NCBI GenBank assembly: GCA_051362555.1
Contig: CM120640.1
Location: forward strand, 8,742,001 to 8,806,000
Direction: 5' to 3'
Source of the DNA: Lingula anatina
Taxonomy: Eukaryota; Animalia; Brachiopoda
Length of the DNA stretch: 64,000 nt
Positions within the stretch are counted from its first letter, which is position 1. The number at the start of each line of letters is the position of its first letter. The translations under genes were made by a program, and so were the position numbers. Of the stretch, positions 45,901-57,414 are shown piece after piece. The notes under the pieces were generated by a model that worked only from the letters and a program-made list of their open reading frames with translations, searched no databases and was not told the origin of the DNA.

Positions 45901-48167
45901 TCTGAACATTTGACAGCTTTGATGCCTTGTTTCCTGTATGGTGTGTCTGTATATTTGCCATCTTTGCCATCTAGGTTTTATCAGGGGAAGCCTTCACAGG
46001 TTAATTTTTTTAACCAATAGTGATAATTGATTTTTTTCATATGTCAGAGAATCGGCAGGTAAACAGACAGAGGAACACAACATGCTGGAGAACACCATAG
46101 ATTTGGTGGCTGATGTCCAGGATGAAGAGGAGCATGAGATGAGCATGAAATACATTGAACCAGCAACAACTGCCAAGTCTAAAGAACAACGGAAGTAAAT
46201 ATTACCTTATTTTTGTTGACTTGTAATTTTGTATGTAATTTACATGATAATTGCAGGATGTCTTTCATTCTTGGTGAGAAGTGTAGATGTGGCCAAACAT
46301 TCTTTTTCTCCATCCAAGTGATGGTGTCTTTTTTATTTTCATTATTCACTGGCATTGAATATGAATAGTATGTCTTCAGTATTTCTAATATTTTGTGCAT
46401 GTTTGGAGTGAATAATCATCATGTAAATAATTGTACTCTGTCAACAAGGTCCACCCCGGGTTCGAGACCGGGTTCAAGTACTAGTCAAGTGAGACCCAAA
46501 CCACGTTATGCCAAACCTCAGGTGCCCTCCTCTCCAGAACCTTATGAGAGACCAGCCAGCTTTGATAGCACCACTGGCATACGGCAAGCCGTGTATGATG
46601 AGTGGTACAAGCAGAAAATGGACAAATCAAAGCAGGAACTGAGAGAGAAGAAGAAGAAAGAAAAAGAAGAGGAAGAGAAAATGAAAAAGGTAGTTTGGAG
46701 AGTGGCAGGACATTGTCGCGTGTGTTTTAAAAAGCACTGGAACCTGTTTGTATGTTTAGACTGTAATAAAAACTTAAGCACACTTGCTACATGGATAAAG
46801 AATCTTAATCTGTGTTTTACTTTTATTTATTTTTTTTCTTTCAGGAAAAAGAAGAAAAAGCTGTAGAGAACCAAGTCACTTATAACTCATGGGCTGAAAG
46901 AAAGAAACCCCTTTTAAAGGAAAAAGCTAAGGAAAAGAGAAAAGAGGAAGAAAAGAAAAGGGAAAAAGAGCAAGAAGAATTGGAAAAAAGAAAAGCAGCA
47001 GAACTGGTGTGTATATGATTATGTCTATTAAGTTTCGACATTTTGAAAGTTGTTTTCTTAGTGCTTAATTACTTTTCCAGTTTTTAAACTATAAGCACTA
47101 AGTTAAGTTTGGTATTTTAAGAAAGAAATTGTGAGAAATATGTACTATTTGACATCAAGGGGTCATTTTGTTTTCACTCAGGATTTAATTTAAACCAATT
47201 TTTCCAGACCTACAAAAGGTGGAAAGAAGCCAAAGATGAGGAGTTGAAGGAGAAACATAGAGAAACCAGGAAGGCTATGATGGAAAAGAAACAAACTGAG
47301 GCTGAGGAGAAGGCAAATAGGAAGAAAGACACAATGAAGATCTATGAAGGATGGTAGGACTTTAAATGATTTTACTCACTCCAAGTTAGTACAGTTAAAA
47401 AATTGCACTCCAATTCACATTCAGATGCATCAATATGCCATCTTTCATAAGCTTTCTAGTGTCATATTTCATAACTGCATATGACCAGAAATTGGAGACT
47501 AACCAGTTTATTTCTCTGTTTTTCTTTCTCTCTAGGAAATCCAAAAAGGACAATTTATTAAAAACACAGTATAGGGAAACCAAAAAGATTGAGAAAGAAG
47601 AGAGAAAACAGATAGAAAAAACACAAAAAGAGAAAGAAGAGGAGGCTAATAGAAGATACGAGATGTGGATAGAAAACAAGGTGGGCTACTGTGGTATATT
47701 TGAGAAATAGACATTTTAGCTGGTATAGAAATTGTAAGTCAGCATATAACTATGTTTGTGTAAAGGCATAAGGGTGAATTTTACAGACTGAAATACTTTT
47801 TCTGAATGTCCACTGTCAAGTTTAAGTCACATAAAGTTTATTTACAACAACAATCTGATGGAAAAAAATTCACCCTCATGCCTTTAATGTAGCAGTTAGT
47901 TGAATATGTAATTTCTCTTTCCTTTGATACTTACTGTCCCTCCCTATTAATTAGTTTCTAATAGAAGTTCTTGTATATACCAGAATATAATTCACTACTG
48001 AGCCATCTTTCTATCATACACTATGGGAAGGGTTCCTGTTGTTTGTGTTACAGGAAAGGCAACAAAAAGACGATAGAATTCGGAGAAGGTTAAAAAGTAG
48101 GGAAGAGTTGGAGAATCCCACACCAGCTTGGTACCCCTCTGGTCGTACTGTCCCTTTTCATAGGTGA
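42775..48167 (+). CDS. MAP9: Microtubule-associated protein 9 (MAP9/ASAP)-like, spliced, complete
   Basis: Exons 42775-42928, 43286-43643, 43960-44078, 44365-44449, 44774-45373, 46048-46194, 46449-46689, 46845-47006, 47208-47353, 47536-47680, 48054-48167. N-terminal FQTELRAKM, C-terminal IRQAVYDEWYKQK, periodic aromatic-x-x-W coiled-coil repeats and terminal YEMWIENKERQ...PAWYPSGRTV match MAP9 as recalled. Confidence 0.85.
43286..43643 (+). CDS. MAP9: MAP9 coding exon 2
   Basis: Phase 1-2, LLAEFNL...QQYGY(R); an alternative same-phase donor lies at 43637. Confidence 0.8.
43960..44078 (+). CDS. MAP9: MAP9 coding exon 3
   Basis: KDPMDSLFDK...QDNE, phase 2-1, donor GTGAGC. Confidence 0.78.
44365..44449 (+). 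CDS. MAP9: MAP9 coding exon 4
   Basis: MKPKASPRDHPFPPPRKHKTSLSEDSP, phase 1-2. Confidence 0.75.
44774..45373 (+). CDS. MAP9: MAP9 coding exon 5
   Basis: 600-nt charged, disordered exon matching ORF 44790-45383, phase 2-2. Confidence 0.85.
46048..46194 (+). CDS. MAP9: MAP9 coding exon 6
   Basis: ESAGKQTEEHNMLENTIDLVAD...KEQR, phase 2-2. Confidence 0.78.
46449..46689 (+). CDS. MAP9: MAP9 coding exon 7
   Basis: STPGSRPG...IRQAVYDEWYKQK...KMKK, phase 2-0. Confidence 0.85.
46845..47006 (+). CDS. MAP9: MAP9 coding exon 8
   Basis: EKEEKAVENQVTYNSWAERKK...AAEL. Confidence 0.85.
47208..47353 (+). CDS. MAP9: MAP9 coding exon 9
   Basis: TYKRWKEAKDEELKEK...IYEG(W), phase 0-2. Confidence 0.85.
47536..47680 (+). 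CDS. MAP9: MAP9 coding exon 10
   Basis: KSKKDNLLK...RYEMWIENK, phase 2-0. Confidence 0.85.
47761..47886. mobile_element. Small TIR element in the last MAP9 intron (possibly Kolobok-like)
   Basis: TAAAGGCATAAGGGTGAATTTT ... AAAATTCACCCTCATGCCTTTA(A). Confidence 0.55.
48054..48167 (+). CDS. MAP9: MAP9 last coding exon
   Basis: ERQQKDDRIRRRLKSREELENPTPAWYPSGRTVPFHR*. Confidence 0.85.
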   Translation, partial: ERQQKDDRIRRRLKSREELENPTPAWYPSGRTVPFHR

Positions 48168-49263
48168 CCCAGTTTGTCTGTATAGGGACAGGCTAGGTAA
48201 CTGTGTAAGTCTCGCTTGTGGTTACTGCATGCCAGACTGCTTTGGGTTATTGTTGCATTGTTTATACATGTATCCTTTTGTATTTTCTTTCTTTCTTTCT
48301 TATTTATTTATTTTTGTTTGTTTGTTCTGAAAGTGCTGCTTGTTTAGTTTCAAATTTCCCTTGCTTTAATGTTTTTCTTTGTGTTCACTTTGTGGCATTG
48401 AATCATTTATAAAGAGTCAACACATAGTCCTAACATTGGCCAAAATGTTTCCATTTTGTGGTCATTCATGAGAATGTTCTTCAGTTTCTTTTTTCTTTGT
48501 TGCCCCATGACTTAACTTATATCTTCAAATTTGTAGGAAAAACGATGCAAGGATGAACGTAGGAGGAAAAAATTTGCTGAATATTCAGAAGAACGACCAG
48601 CTTGGAGTCCTGCAGGAAAGACAGTGCCCTTTGGTCATTAAAGAACTTGCTGTGTATGACCGCTAGATATCCAATGTTGCCAAAGACTTTGGCGAAGACT
48701 GCCAACTTTGCATTTTGATAGAGATTTTGTTTCGTAGTATTGGGTGCAATAATTTGGCTAATATTTATTTTTTTCACACTGTCAGAAACCTGTTTAAAAA
48801 CTACATCATTCAACAATCACCTGTCACTTTTTCCTGTTAGCTGGAAAAACAATTATTTTGTCTTAATGTCTTTGCTTTAAAGAGCATGTGTTTTACTTTT
48901 CATATTTTGTTTTACACTTCAAAGTGAATCAAAGCAGCAGTCTCTTTGTAAATTATCACTTGAAATGTATAACCTTCACCTGCTGACAAGCACCTTCCGT
49001 CCAATATATGACCCATTCCTGCATGGAAATTTTTTATACAGGCATTTAAAACCCTCTACCAGGGTCACAGGTTTATTTTTCACTAGATATTCACGCCTTT
49101 GACTTATTAATGACAATTTTTCTATTGTAAGTGAGAATTTTTGCATGGATCCTATTATTTCATCACTGGGCTGGCCTTTTGTTTAGAGTAGGCATTTATG
49201 CACTGTCATGATTAAGAATTATTTTCTTCTGGTCAACATCAATATCTCTTGAATGATGACTGT

Positions 49264-51275
49264 AGCGTTAGCGCTGGCGGTACACATGGTTTTAGTCCCG
49301 TCCGGTCCATTCCGCCGGCTCCGTGGCCATGTTACCGTTACCGCTTCTCCTCCTAGACGGTAAGGGCCCCCATACCCATCTCTTGGATTTAGGTCACCTA
49401 TAATCTCAACTCGTTCCACGTAAAATTTGGGCTTTGTCGGTATTGGGGTCTAGGTGTGGCATTCATTGCAATGCACCCTTGTCCAAAAATGGCAAAATTA
49501 AATGCTAATTATCTACCCTACGGAAGGAATTATGGGAAAAATTTCTACAGACGGCTTTCCAAAAGTCATATGTGTAGATTTCAAATATGCCCTTGGATTT
49601 GACCTTTGACCTTTATTTCAAGGTCAAACGGGCCAAAATTTTTAAAAAAATGAATTTTTTTACGAAAAAAAATTATTTGCGCTGTTATTCAGACACCACG
49701 CAGACTTAACCCATAATATTATTGGAAAATGTTACCCTTCAGGTCATCTTTCATCTCCCTAAATTTGGGGTCAATCGGTGCATTTTCACGGGAGTAGCGG
49801 CCATAAGATACCGAAACTGAAAACTGTCTCTAATTCAGGAACCGTTAATGCTAGAGACCCATTCTTTTTTGCATTTTGTAGAGCATGTAAAGCCCAACTC
49901 TGGGGGTGGTCTCCGTTTTTTTGTATTCCATACGGTTTTCGAGTTACGGTGTATCAAAAAGTACATATTGGTGGTGAAAGCAAAATGTGCAGTACGGTAA
50001 TGGATAATAAATTTTAAACTCTGGAAAAATAAAACATAAGGCTTGGCAAAGCAGACAACTTGTGGTCAAAAATGACATTATTTCATCAAATTTGAACTTC
50101 TGGAACTTCAGAGCACCTCCCATTTCAAGAATAGTGACCAAAATGACCTTTTTTTTATTTTAATTAATTTTTTCTGTAGGAAATTTATGGCACATTAAGG
50201 TAACTCCAAAATTATAACATTTAGTCCCTTATATCTCCAAAACTGGCAGAGATAGGTCCATAGTTACTATTGAAGTTGAATAGGAAGTCATATACTGGCA
50301 ATCTTACTGTGGCCTTGAAATTGACCTTTGACCTACTTTTCACCGTGAACTGAACTTTGCAAATTTTGCTTCCTTTTTATCTCCAAAACTGGCAGAGATA
50401 GGTCCATAGTTACTATTGAAGTTGAATAGGAAGTCATATACTGGCAATCTAAATGTGACCTTAAAATTGACCTTTGACCTACTTATTATCATGAACTGAA
50501 CTCTGCTAATTTCTTTCTCTTTTAACTCCAAACCTGGCAGAGATAGGTCCATAGTTACTATTGAAGTTGATTAGGAAGTCATATACTGGCAATCTAAATG
50601 TGACCTTGAAATTGACCTTTGACCTACTTTTCACCATGAACTGAACTTTGCAAATTTTGTCTCCTTTTATCTCCAAAACTAGGAGAGATAGGTCCATAGT
50701 TACTATTGAACTTGAATAGGAGATCATATACTGGCAATCTAAATGTGACCTTGAAATTGACCTTTGACCTTCTTTTCACTATGAACTGAACTTTGCAAAT
50801 TTTGCTTCCCTTTTATCTCCAAAACTGGCAGAGATAGGTCCATAGTTACTATTGAAGTTGAATAGGAAGTCATATACTGGCAATCTAAATGTGACCTTAA
50901 AATTGACCTTTGACCTACTTATTATCATGAACTGAACTCTGCTAATTTCTTTCTCTTTTAACTCCAAACCTGGCAGAGATAGGTCCATAGTTACTATTGA
51001 ACTTGAATAGGAAGTCATATACTGGCAATTTACTGTGACCTTGAAATTGACCTTTGACCTACCTTACGATGAACTTAAATTTGATTGTACCATTTTTAGT
51101 TATATATATTTTTTGCATATTTTGAAAATTCTTGTTGATTGCATTTTTACAATTTGTCAAGCACAAGACTGGTGGCTGTGTCCCTTATTTTGTGTATGTG
51201 GGGGTCTATACGAATGCGCTTGCTCCAGCTGGTGGTACAATATTCACAGGCGGTATCGCCTCTCTGATCCTCTAG
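49264..51275 (+). mobile_element. Non-autonomous Helentron/DINE-1-like element, copy 3 (about 10 bp missing at 5' end)
   Basis: Colinear and highly similar to 11161-13477, with the same 3' hairpin-CTAG end; lies between the convergent MAP9 and UNG genes. Confidence 0.8.
50234..51061 (+). repeat. 145/146-bp tandem array (6 units) inside copy 3
   Basis: Unit starts at 50234, 50380, 50525, 50670, 50816, 50961. Confidence 0.95.
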
Positions 51276-52625
51276 TTTACAGATTACTTCCAGCACTTAA
51301 AAGAGTAACAAAAATATTCTCAACCAAAGTTGATACTAAGTGAGATGGCATTCTTTTTTAATCTTTCAGTGCTAGAAAACAGAGCGATTTTAAATATCTA
51401 AAAAGTAATGTTATGTAAAGAAAAGCAACTCTGTGATTAATCAGTTTTGTTCAGTGTTAAATTGTACTGTAAATTATATTGAAATGGACTAGAAAAACAA
51501 TTTTCCTTTTACTCTTATTTATATTTGAAATTTTACATTGTCTAATTACTACATGCTATTTTCCTGTTTTACAAGCTTTTTTTTATCAATTCGGTTTATA
51601 AGTTTAGATCATATAGACTCATACATGTGTTGATAAACATTGTGGTTTAGGTGTTGAAAAATGAAAACAACTTTACTTAAAATATGTGTTTTATACTGAT
51701 CAAATATTTAATATAAAAAAATTTCTGTTCTAAGAAATGTAATTATTTGATACTATTTTGATAACACACTGAAATACAACAGTATGTTCTTGAAATTTAC
51801 AGATTTTAGCTGAAGAAAATTTCTTTCTTTACTGGATATACATAATTGACTTTTACCAGAATTTTAACAACTTTAAGGTAGTAAAAAACATTTCTTTGGG
51901 TAATGTTACTGACTTATAAATTTTTCACCCCTTGGGAATATTTCATTTGCTAGTAGTACTGTTTTTTTTTTTTTTTTTCATTTGTTAGCTTGCCCTGCAG
52001 AAAAGCATTATTCTTCAAGTCACTGTAAAAATGGAACAAATTGTTAATTTCTAAATTTAGCTATGTGATTATTTGACAAAATGAAAGTGTAATTGACATT
52101 CTTAATCTTATTTTTATTTACAATAACAAAAGAAATGTTTTAAAACTTCAACTTGACAAAAAAGTTTTTTATATTTCAATTTGTAGGGAAAAAGATGAGT
52201 AGAAAATTGAATCTACTTAAAATTTAATGCTGTTGCATGAAGAATATTTACAAAAAATAAAAATCTACATATGTACATCACTCTTTCCACCCAAAAACAT
52301 CTATCCAAAGACTATGATATAAGAACTTTTTGGTTTTACTACATTTAACTGAATTGCAACTCACTTTTGAAGAGTTATTTTAATTAATAACTGTAAACAT
52401 TTGTTATACATTTAATCTAAAAACTAAGCACAATTACAGATTGTTCAGAAAGAATGTTTTTGTAAAATGACTTGAGGTGGAATTAAATATCTAAATGTTT
52501 GTTAAATGACAAGACAAAACTGACTGTGTAGTCTTTAGAAAAATTCCCGACTGGAATTTTCAGTTCCTGTTTTGTTCACCATCATAATCTCAGCTTTCAG
52601 TTTGCCAGTACCCTAAAATAAAACT

Positions 52626-52799
52626 TTATTTTGGAGAGAAAGTTCCATTGCACGGCTTGGGTAAATATGTCCAGTCAATTGGTTTTTTGCCCTGCTTTTT
52701 CAACAGTTCATTTGCTTTTGAGAAATGTTTGCATCCCAGAAAGCCTCTGTAAGCAGAGAGAGGTGATGGATGGACTGTAGACAATACGTGGTGCCTCTT
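52626..52799 (-). CDS. UNG: UNG exon 8 (last)
   Basis: [57 protein letters not shown]; the stop overlaps an AATAAA. Confidence 0.94.
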   Translation of the reverse strand, partial: KRHHVLSTVHPSPLSAYRGFLGCKHFSKANELLKKQGKKPIDWTYLPKPCNGTFSPK

Positions 52800-53833
52800 C
52801 TGAAAGTCAACAAAGGGTACATTTATATTTTAAATAAAAACAGTTGTCGGTCAAATTCTGTATGGGCAGTTCTTGGGTTCATCTTCGATGTGGTCCTTTT
52901 TCTATGGACTGCTGTGCTTATGGGCTAATTCATGTTTATCACTTGGTGAAAATTTTACCCAGTTAATAAAATGGTGGGGGCAAGTTGTCTCTATGTCCAG
53001 ACTACTTCAGAGGTACCCCCATACCCATTCCCAAAATTGGTAAAACAATAGTCGTCACAAAAAAGACAAAACCAAGCAATTTTACCATCATACTCGATAC
53101 ATTTTACAGTTAAATTGCACTTGTCTAATATTTGAGGTTTGTCTAAATTCACTAGACAATTAAATTATCTTTGTGCCTTCCCCCTCCGCTGGAAAATCCT
53201 GGTCCCCAGACCTATCTCACCTTGTCAACACAAGCCCCTTTCTTCTGAGCATAGGATCCCCACAACATGAAGACCACGCCATGGAGGTTTTTGTTGATCC
53301 ACGATACTACAGCATCTGTAAACTTCTCCCAGCCCATGTCCTTGTGGCTGTTAGCCCTATGAGCCTGCACTGTGAGTACAGCATTCAGGAGAAGGACATC
53401 TGTGACAAAACATGCCGCAATTAAATTATGTTGTCAAGACATTTTAACATGAATACCTATAATGTGCTGAAGATAATTAGTCTTTCTTATACTGATGATG
53501 AAGATGAAAAATGAAGAAGTTGGTAATGAGTCTTAGATTGACATTACTTTCACATTTTTTTTCTTTAAAGTTTACAGATAATCTTTTACAGTACAACCAT
53601 ACCTTGCTGAGCCCAGCCTGTGAGGTTGCCATGGCCAGGGGGTTTAAATCCTTCAATGTCAGACTCCAGTTCCTTGAACATATTTTCTAAACTAAAATAA
53701 CCAAGATAGTAAAGTATGACTTCATCTTTCTAGCAGACCTCATGGCATTTGCACATATATATTAGTGGCAGACAAAGCCTGTTTAATAGTATTACTTTTT
53801 TAAATCAATGCAAAACAACTTTTTAATAGATAA

Positions 53834-53868
<35 letters not shown>

Positions 53869-55472
53869 AACCATGTTTCACAAGTGTGCCAAAAACTTTT
53901 ACCTTGGAGGTGGTCTTATCTTCTCTGGCACACTGAAGCATAAACCTGCATTTGAAAAAAGGGCAGTGAATCTTCTATACATGCATGAACCAATTTTTAA
54001 AACAAATCTCAAAGAAAATTTGACTCTTTTAACTGACTATAGTTCAGAATAATTACCGTGAGCTTGGCCATCACCATGGTATGGATCTTGACCAAGGATC
54101 ACCACTTTTACCTGGAACATTATTTGAAACAAAGATTTCAATTTTTTACATTGTAAGATAATGTAAGATACATATATTTACATACATGTATCTTACATAT
54201 ACATGTACATGCAAGATTCATTTATGTAAATATAGTGCAATAATAATGGTGTATTTAATATTACTGTCTTGCTTTTAATTAAACTATATTTTCCTAATGA
54301 GTTACAAGGTAAGCATGAAAAAATGTCATAAAAATGAGATAATCATCTTTTTTTAATATTAATGATCATCAGTATTCTTTCAATATTCTTACATTTTTGA
54401 TATCTCCCATTTGTGTCCATGTAAAAACTTGGTCAGCTGGTGGAAAGATGGCTAAGGATTTTTGCCGTTCACTATGAATAAACTCACTGAGCTGTGGAAA
54501 AAATGGGAGATATAATGTTTCAATAATGTGTAATCCATACTTTTTAAGGATCATGTATAAATGACTGCAAAGTATGTCATTTTGTGAACGAAACTGAACA
54601 CAAGCTTAGCATACCATACAGCAAGGATTAGTATTTTAAAAATCCAACTATCGACAGATTGTCAACTTTTTGGGAGCCAAAAATACCATTGGTCCTAGGT
54701 GGTCCCCTCAACCCCACACCATATTTTCTGACTTTTTCATTAAATGTCAGTCTCATCCCTGATACAGGTTATACTAGTACAATCTACTGGTAGAGTTAAG
54801 TTCTAATGAATTCAACTTCAACTTCAAGTACATCATAAAAGCATCACACCTTTGTGAAGTAAGGCTTGCTAAATTCTGGTTCCAAGGCCTTCATCCAGGA
54901 AGCTCCCATATTGACAACCAGACCTTTGGTTTGTGCGGCAATACGTTTGGCTTTAGCAGCGGCTTGGTTTCTATCTATTCTTTGCTTCTGCTCAGGACTT
55001 AGTGAGGGCGAGGTCAGCGCCTCATGGACATTTTCCTTGCTATCAGCAGGATCATTTTTTGCTTTTTTGACTGGAACATTCTAAAAAAAGATGTGCAGTC
55101 ATATGTCAGTAGTTTATTCTTCGAAAATAGAATATTCAGCTCATGGTACTGAAAACCATCTTCATAAGACATGAATTCCCATGTGTGTGTGTGTGTGCGC
55201 GTGTGTGTGCATGCGTGCGTGCGTTTTAACATGTGACAGAAGGCAGTAAAATGCGTTCAATCTACAGTATAACAATAAGACTCAATAGTTATTGCTACAT
55301 GTAGTATTATCAAGGAGTTCCAACAACTCCTTGGTGCTACTACCCGTATTAACCCAAAAATTTAACCACTGAGTAGTTTCTGGTCGAGACTCACTGTGTC
55401 TTCTTTGCTACATAAAGGCCTTTTTTGTTGCACAGGTGAGAAGAAAGATGATATTTTCTGCTGCCCTATCAT
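52626..55472 (-). CDS. UNG: Uracil-DNA glycosylase (family 1, nuclear UNG2-type N-terminus), spliced, complete
   Basis: Exons 55395-55472, 54850-55080, 54393-54491, 54057-54111, 53903-53945, 53603-53691, 53221-53399, 52626-52799. Motifs: PIP box [21 protein letters not shown] (RPA-binding-like), [47 protein letters not shown]. Confidence 0.96.
53221..53399 (-). CDS. UNG: UNG exon 7
   Basis: [59 protein letters not shown]. Confidence 0.94.
53603..53691 (-). CDS. UNG: UNG exon 6
   Basis: [29 protein letters not shown]. Confidence 0.93.
53903..53945 (-). CDS. UNG: UNG exon 5
   Basis: (G)[13 protein letters not shown](S). Confidence 0.92.
54057..54111 (-). CDS. UNG: UNG exon 4 (catalytic GQDPY)
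   Basis: [18 protein letters not shown](G). Confidence 0.95.
54393..54491 (-). CDS. UNG: UNG exon 3
   Basis: [33 protein letters not shown]. Confidence 0.92.
54850..55080 (-). CDS. UNG: UNG exon 2
   Basis: NVPVKKAK...[17 protein letters not shown], 231 nt. Confidence 0.92.
55395..55472 (-). CDS. UNG: UNG exon 1 (PIP-box exon)
   Basis: [26 protein letters not shown]|gtgagt. Confidence 0.88.
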
Positions 55473-55548
55473 ATTACACAGAAACCTGCTTCCCGAGAAT
55501 ATATACTCCGTAAATATAATGTCTGTTTTCAACTTCTTCATGTGCTTC

Positions 55549-55628
55549 TTCCCGCGAATTCCGAGAGCGAAAGCGAGGTTTTTCGTAGAATTGACCAATA
55601 AGCAGGGTTCTTATTTAACTTCACCAAT
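55549..55628 (-). promoter_or_regulatory. Cell-cycle-type promoter of nuclear UNG: E2F-like site plus two CCAAT boxes
   Basis: TTCCCGCGAA at 55549-58; CCAAT at 55595 and 55624; lies about 80-155 bp upstream of the ATG in CpG-rich DNA. Confidence 0.55.
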
Positions 55629-55770
55629 CAAAGCCATGGAGCCAAACGTAAACAAAATACTGCACGTGTACTCACTTGGATACTAGGTTTTCGGTGGGCG
55701 TCTTTCTCTGGGGCCTTCCAAAATGAGTTCAGTCGCAATAGCTGACGCGCACTAACTCCACGTCGACTAT

Positions 55771-55913
55771 CGCTGAATGCAACCTGATCAGCAGACTGAA
55801 ACGCCTCTTCTTAGCGTTGAGTGGAAACTAGAATACTAGTGATTATACGTGCACTTTGGAAACAAGAGACGGAACGTTTTAGAACTAGACTGTTAATCTG
55901 ATTGCATTTAGCG
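55771..55913. mobile_element. MITE relic (internal part of the 31131-31381 family) upstream of UNG
   Basis: Colinear similarity CGCTGAATGCAA...GTGATTA...TTGGAAACA...GTTAA.CTGATTGCA with 31191-31321; TIRs lost. Confidence 0.6.
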
Positions 55914-56277
55914 CGATAATTTCCATATACCAAACAAAATAAGAGACACATTTTAAAATAAACCTAGCGCTTTTGCTTTTTTTCTTTCACAGACGTACAG
56001 TACGTACATGTACTTGTACATGTACCTTGATACAGTGTATGACATGCACATTTGTGGCGAGAATGCTTTCAATTCTTTTCTAACTAAAAATGGTGTTTTT
56101 GTCCCCCAAACCCCAATATTATGTCACACGATGAAGTTGGTGCTGTGTTTCAAGCATAATTAGATGTTTTGAAGATACATTAAATGAATGTAATAGGAAT
56201 AAAAAAAAGCTAAGACCTTTATTTTAAGAGAAAATCTCCAACCCACATTCCCCCCTTAAGCAACATCACAAGTGAAC

Positions 56278-56317
<40 letters not shown>

Positions 56318-56372
56318 TTTATTTCTTATATAGCGCATTCCATTTTTTACATTTCAATGCACTTTACAAATA
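56278..56372 (-). mobile_element. LINE2-type LINE/SINE 3' tail with (ATT)n
   Basis: Minus strand TGTAAAGTGCATTGA...GCGCTATATAAGAAATAAAT(ATT)n resembles L2-class 3' stem-loop tails. Confidence 0.45.
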
Positions 56373-57382
56373 ATTAAAAAGTCTAAAAATAACAATACTA
56401 AAATACTTTAACATTTACTGATAAAATTAATTAAGTAAAGAAACAATTCCGTCAGGTAATCTCTTGCACCGATTTGTGCAGGGGGAACGAGGAAAGTATT
56501 TGAAAGTAGGGTCTAGTGTACCTGTAGAACCTCACAAAAAAGGTGTGTGTGTGTGTGTGTGTGTGTGTGGTTTGAATGTTCACCCTCTGTGAGTGCAAAC
56601 CTCTTGTCTGGCGAACGAGTTTAGGGCACTCTAGGGAAGTTTAGTTTAAATACACCTGGACGTGAGAACTATCCAATTTTGGAAATGAATCAAATTCGTT
56701 ATATAAGGACTACAGATTCTGTGATTTAAAGTATATTTCAAGTATAATTAATAAATTTCAAGTAGCGTGTAATCAAAAAGAACAACGAATGAATCACGAT
56801 ATTGGCAAAGAATTCGAATTCACTAGTACTTTAAATTCCTTCTACAAGACCAAGCATTAGTTAATTTTTCGAGAAGACCTAACGTTTTCAAACTTCGTCA
56901 CGCCATACTTGTTGTGATTTGTTAGTTTTCTATTATTTATCCACTATTACTTTGACGCGTCAAACTTGTAAAACTTAGCCATTGGGCAAGTTTAGGATAC
57001 CTGGAAGATATCATGTTTACGTACTAAACCTTTACCTAAATGGTATACTAAATATTCATGATTCATTTGATTAAATCAACTGCCACTCAATTAAGATACA
57101 TTTATCATTGACTTTCATCTCGTTAGAAAGAGATAATACAAAAGTGGCCAGTCTGAATCAGCAATACCACAAAGTGGACGAAGTACAAAACTGTGGATCA
57201 CATAAACATGGGTGGTGAGGTTCGTTGAGGTTCGTTGTGTTTCATCTTGTAGCGAGATCAAAGTTTCAAAATCTCGATCCCATTTACGCTGGATTTCCAA
57301 GAAGTTACGACACCTCGATCATCGACCTCGCTATTGCAACCAACTTCACAAAATAGTCATTTACACAAAAGGAATCTTAAAA

Positions 57383-57414
<32 letters not shown>

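Noticed and set aside
50340-51343. Repeated ORFs (MDLSLPGLELK..., MTLKLTFDL...) and their counterparts at 11668-13559
   Set aside because: Chance frames in the non-coding element; no Rep/helicase motifs, and stops differ between copies.
55473-55598. In-frame upstream extension of UNG (MKKLKTDIIFTEY...) as a mitochondrial presequence
   Set aside because: It overlaps the E2F/CCAAT promoter elements and contains acidic residues; MIGQ matches the known UNG2 start.
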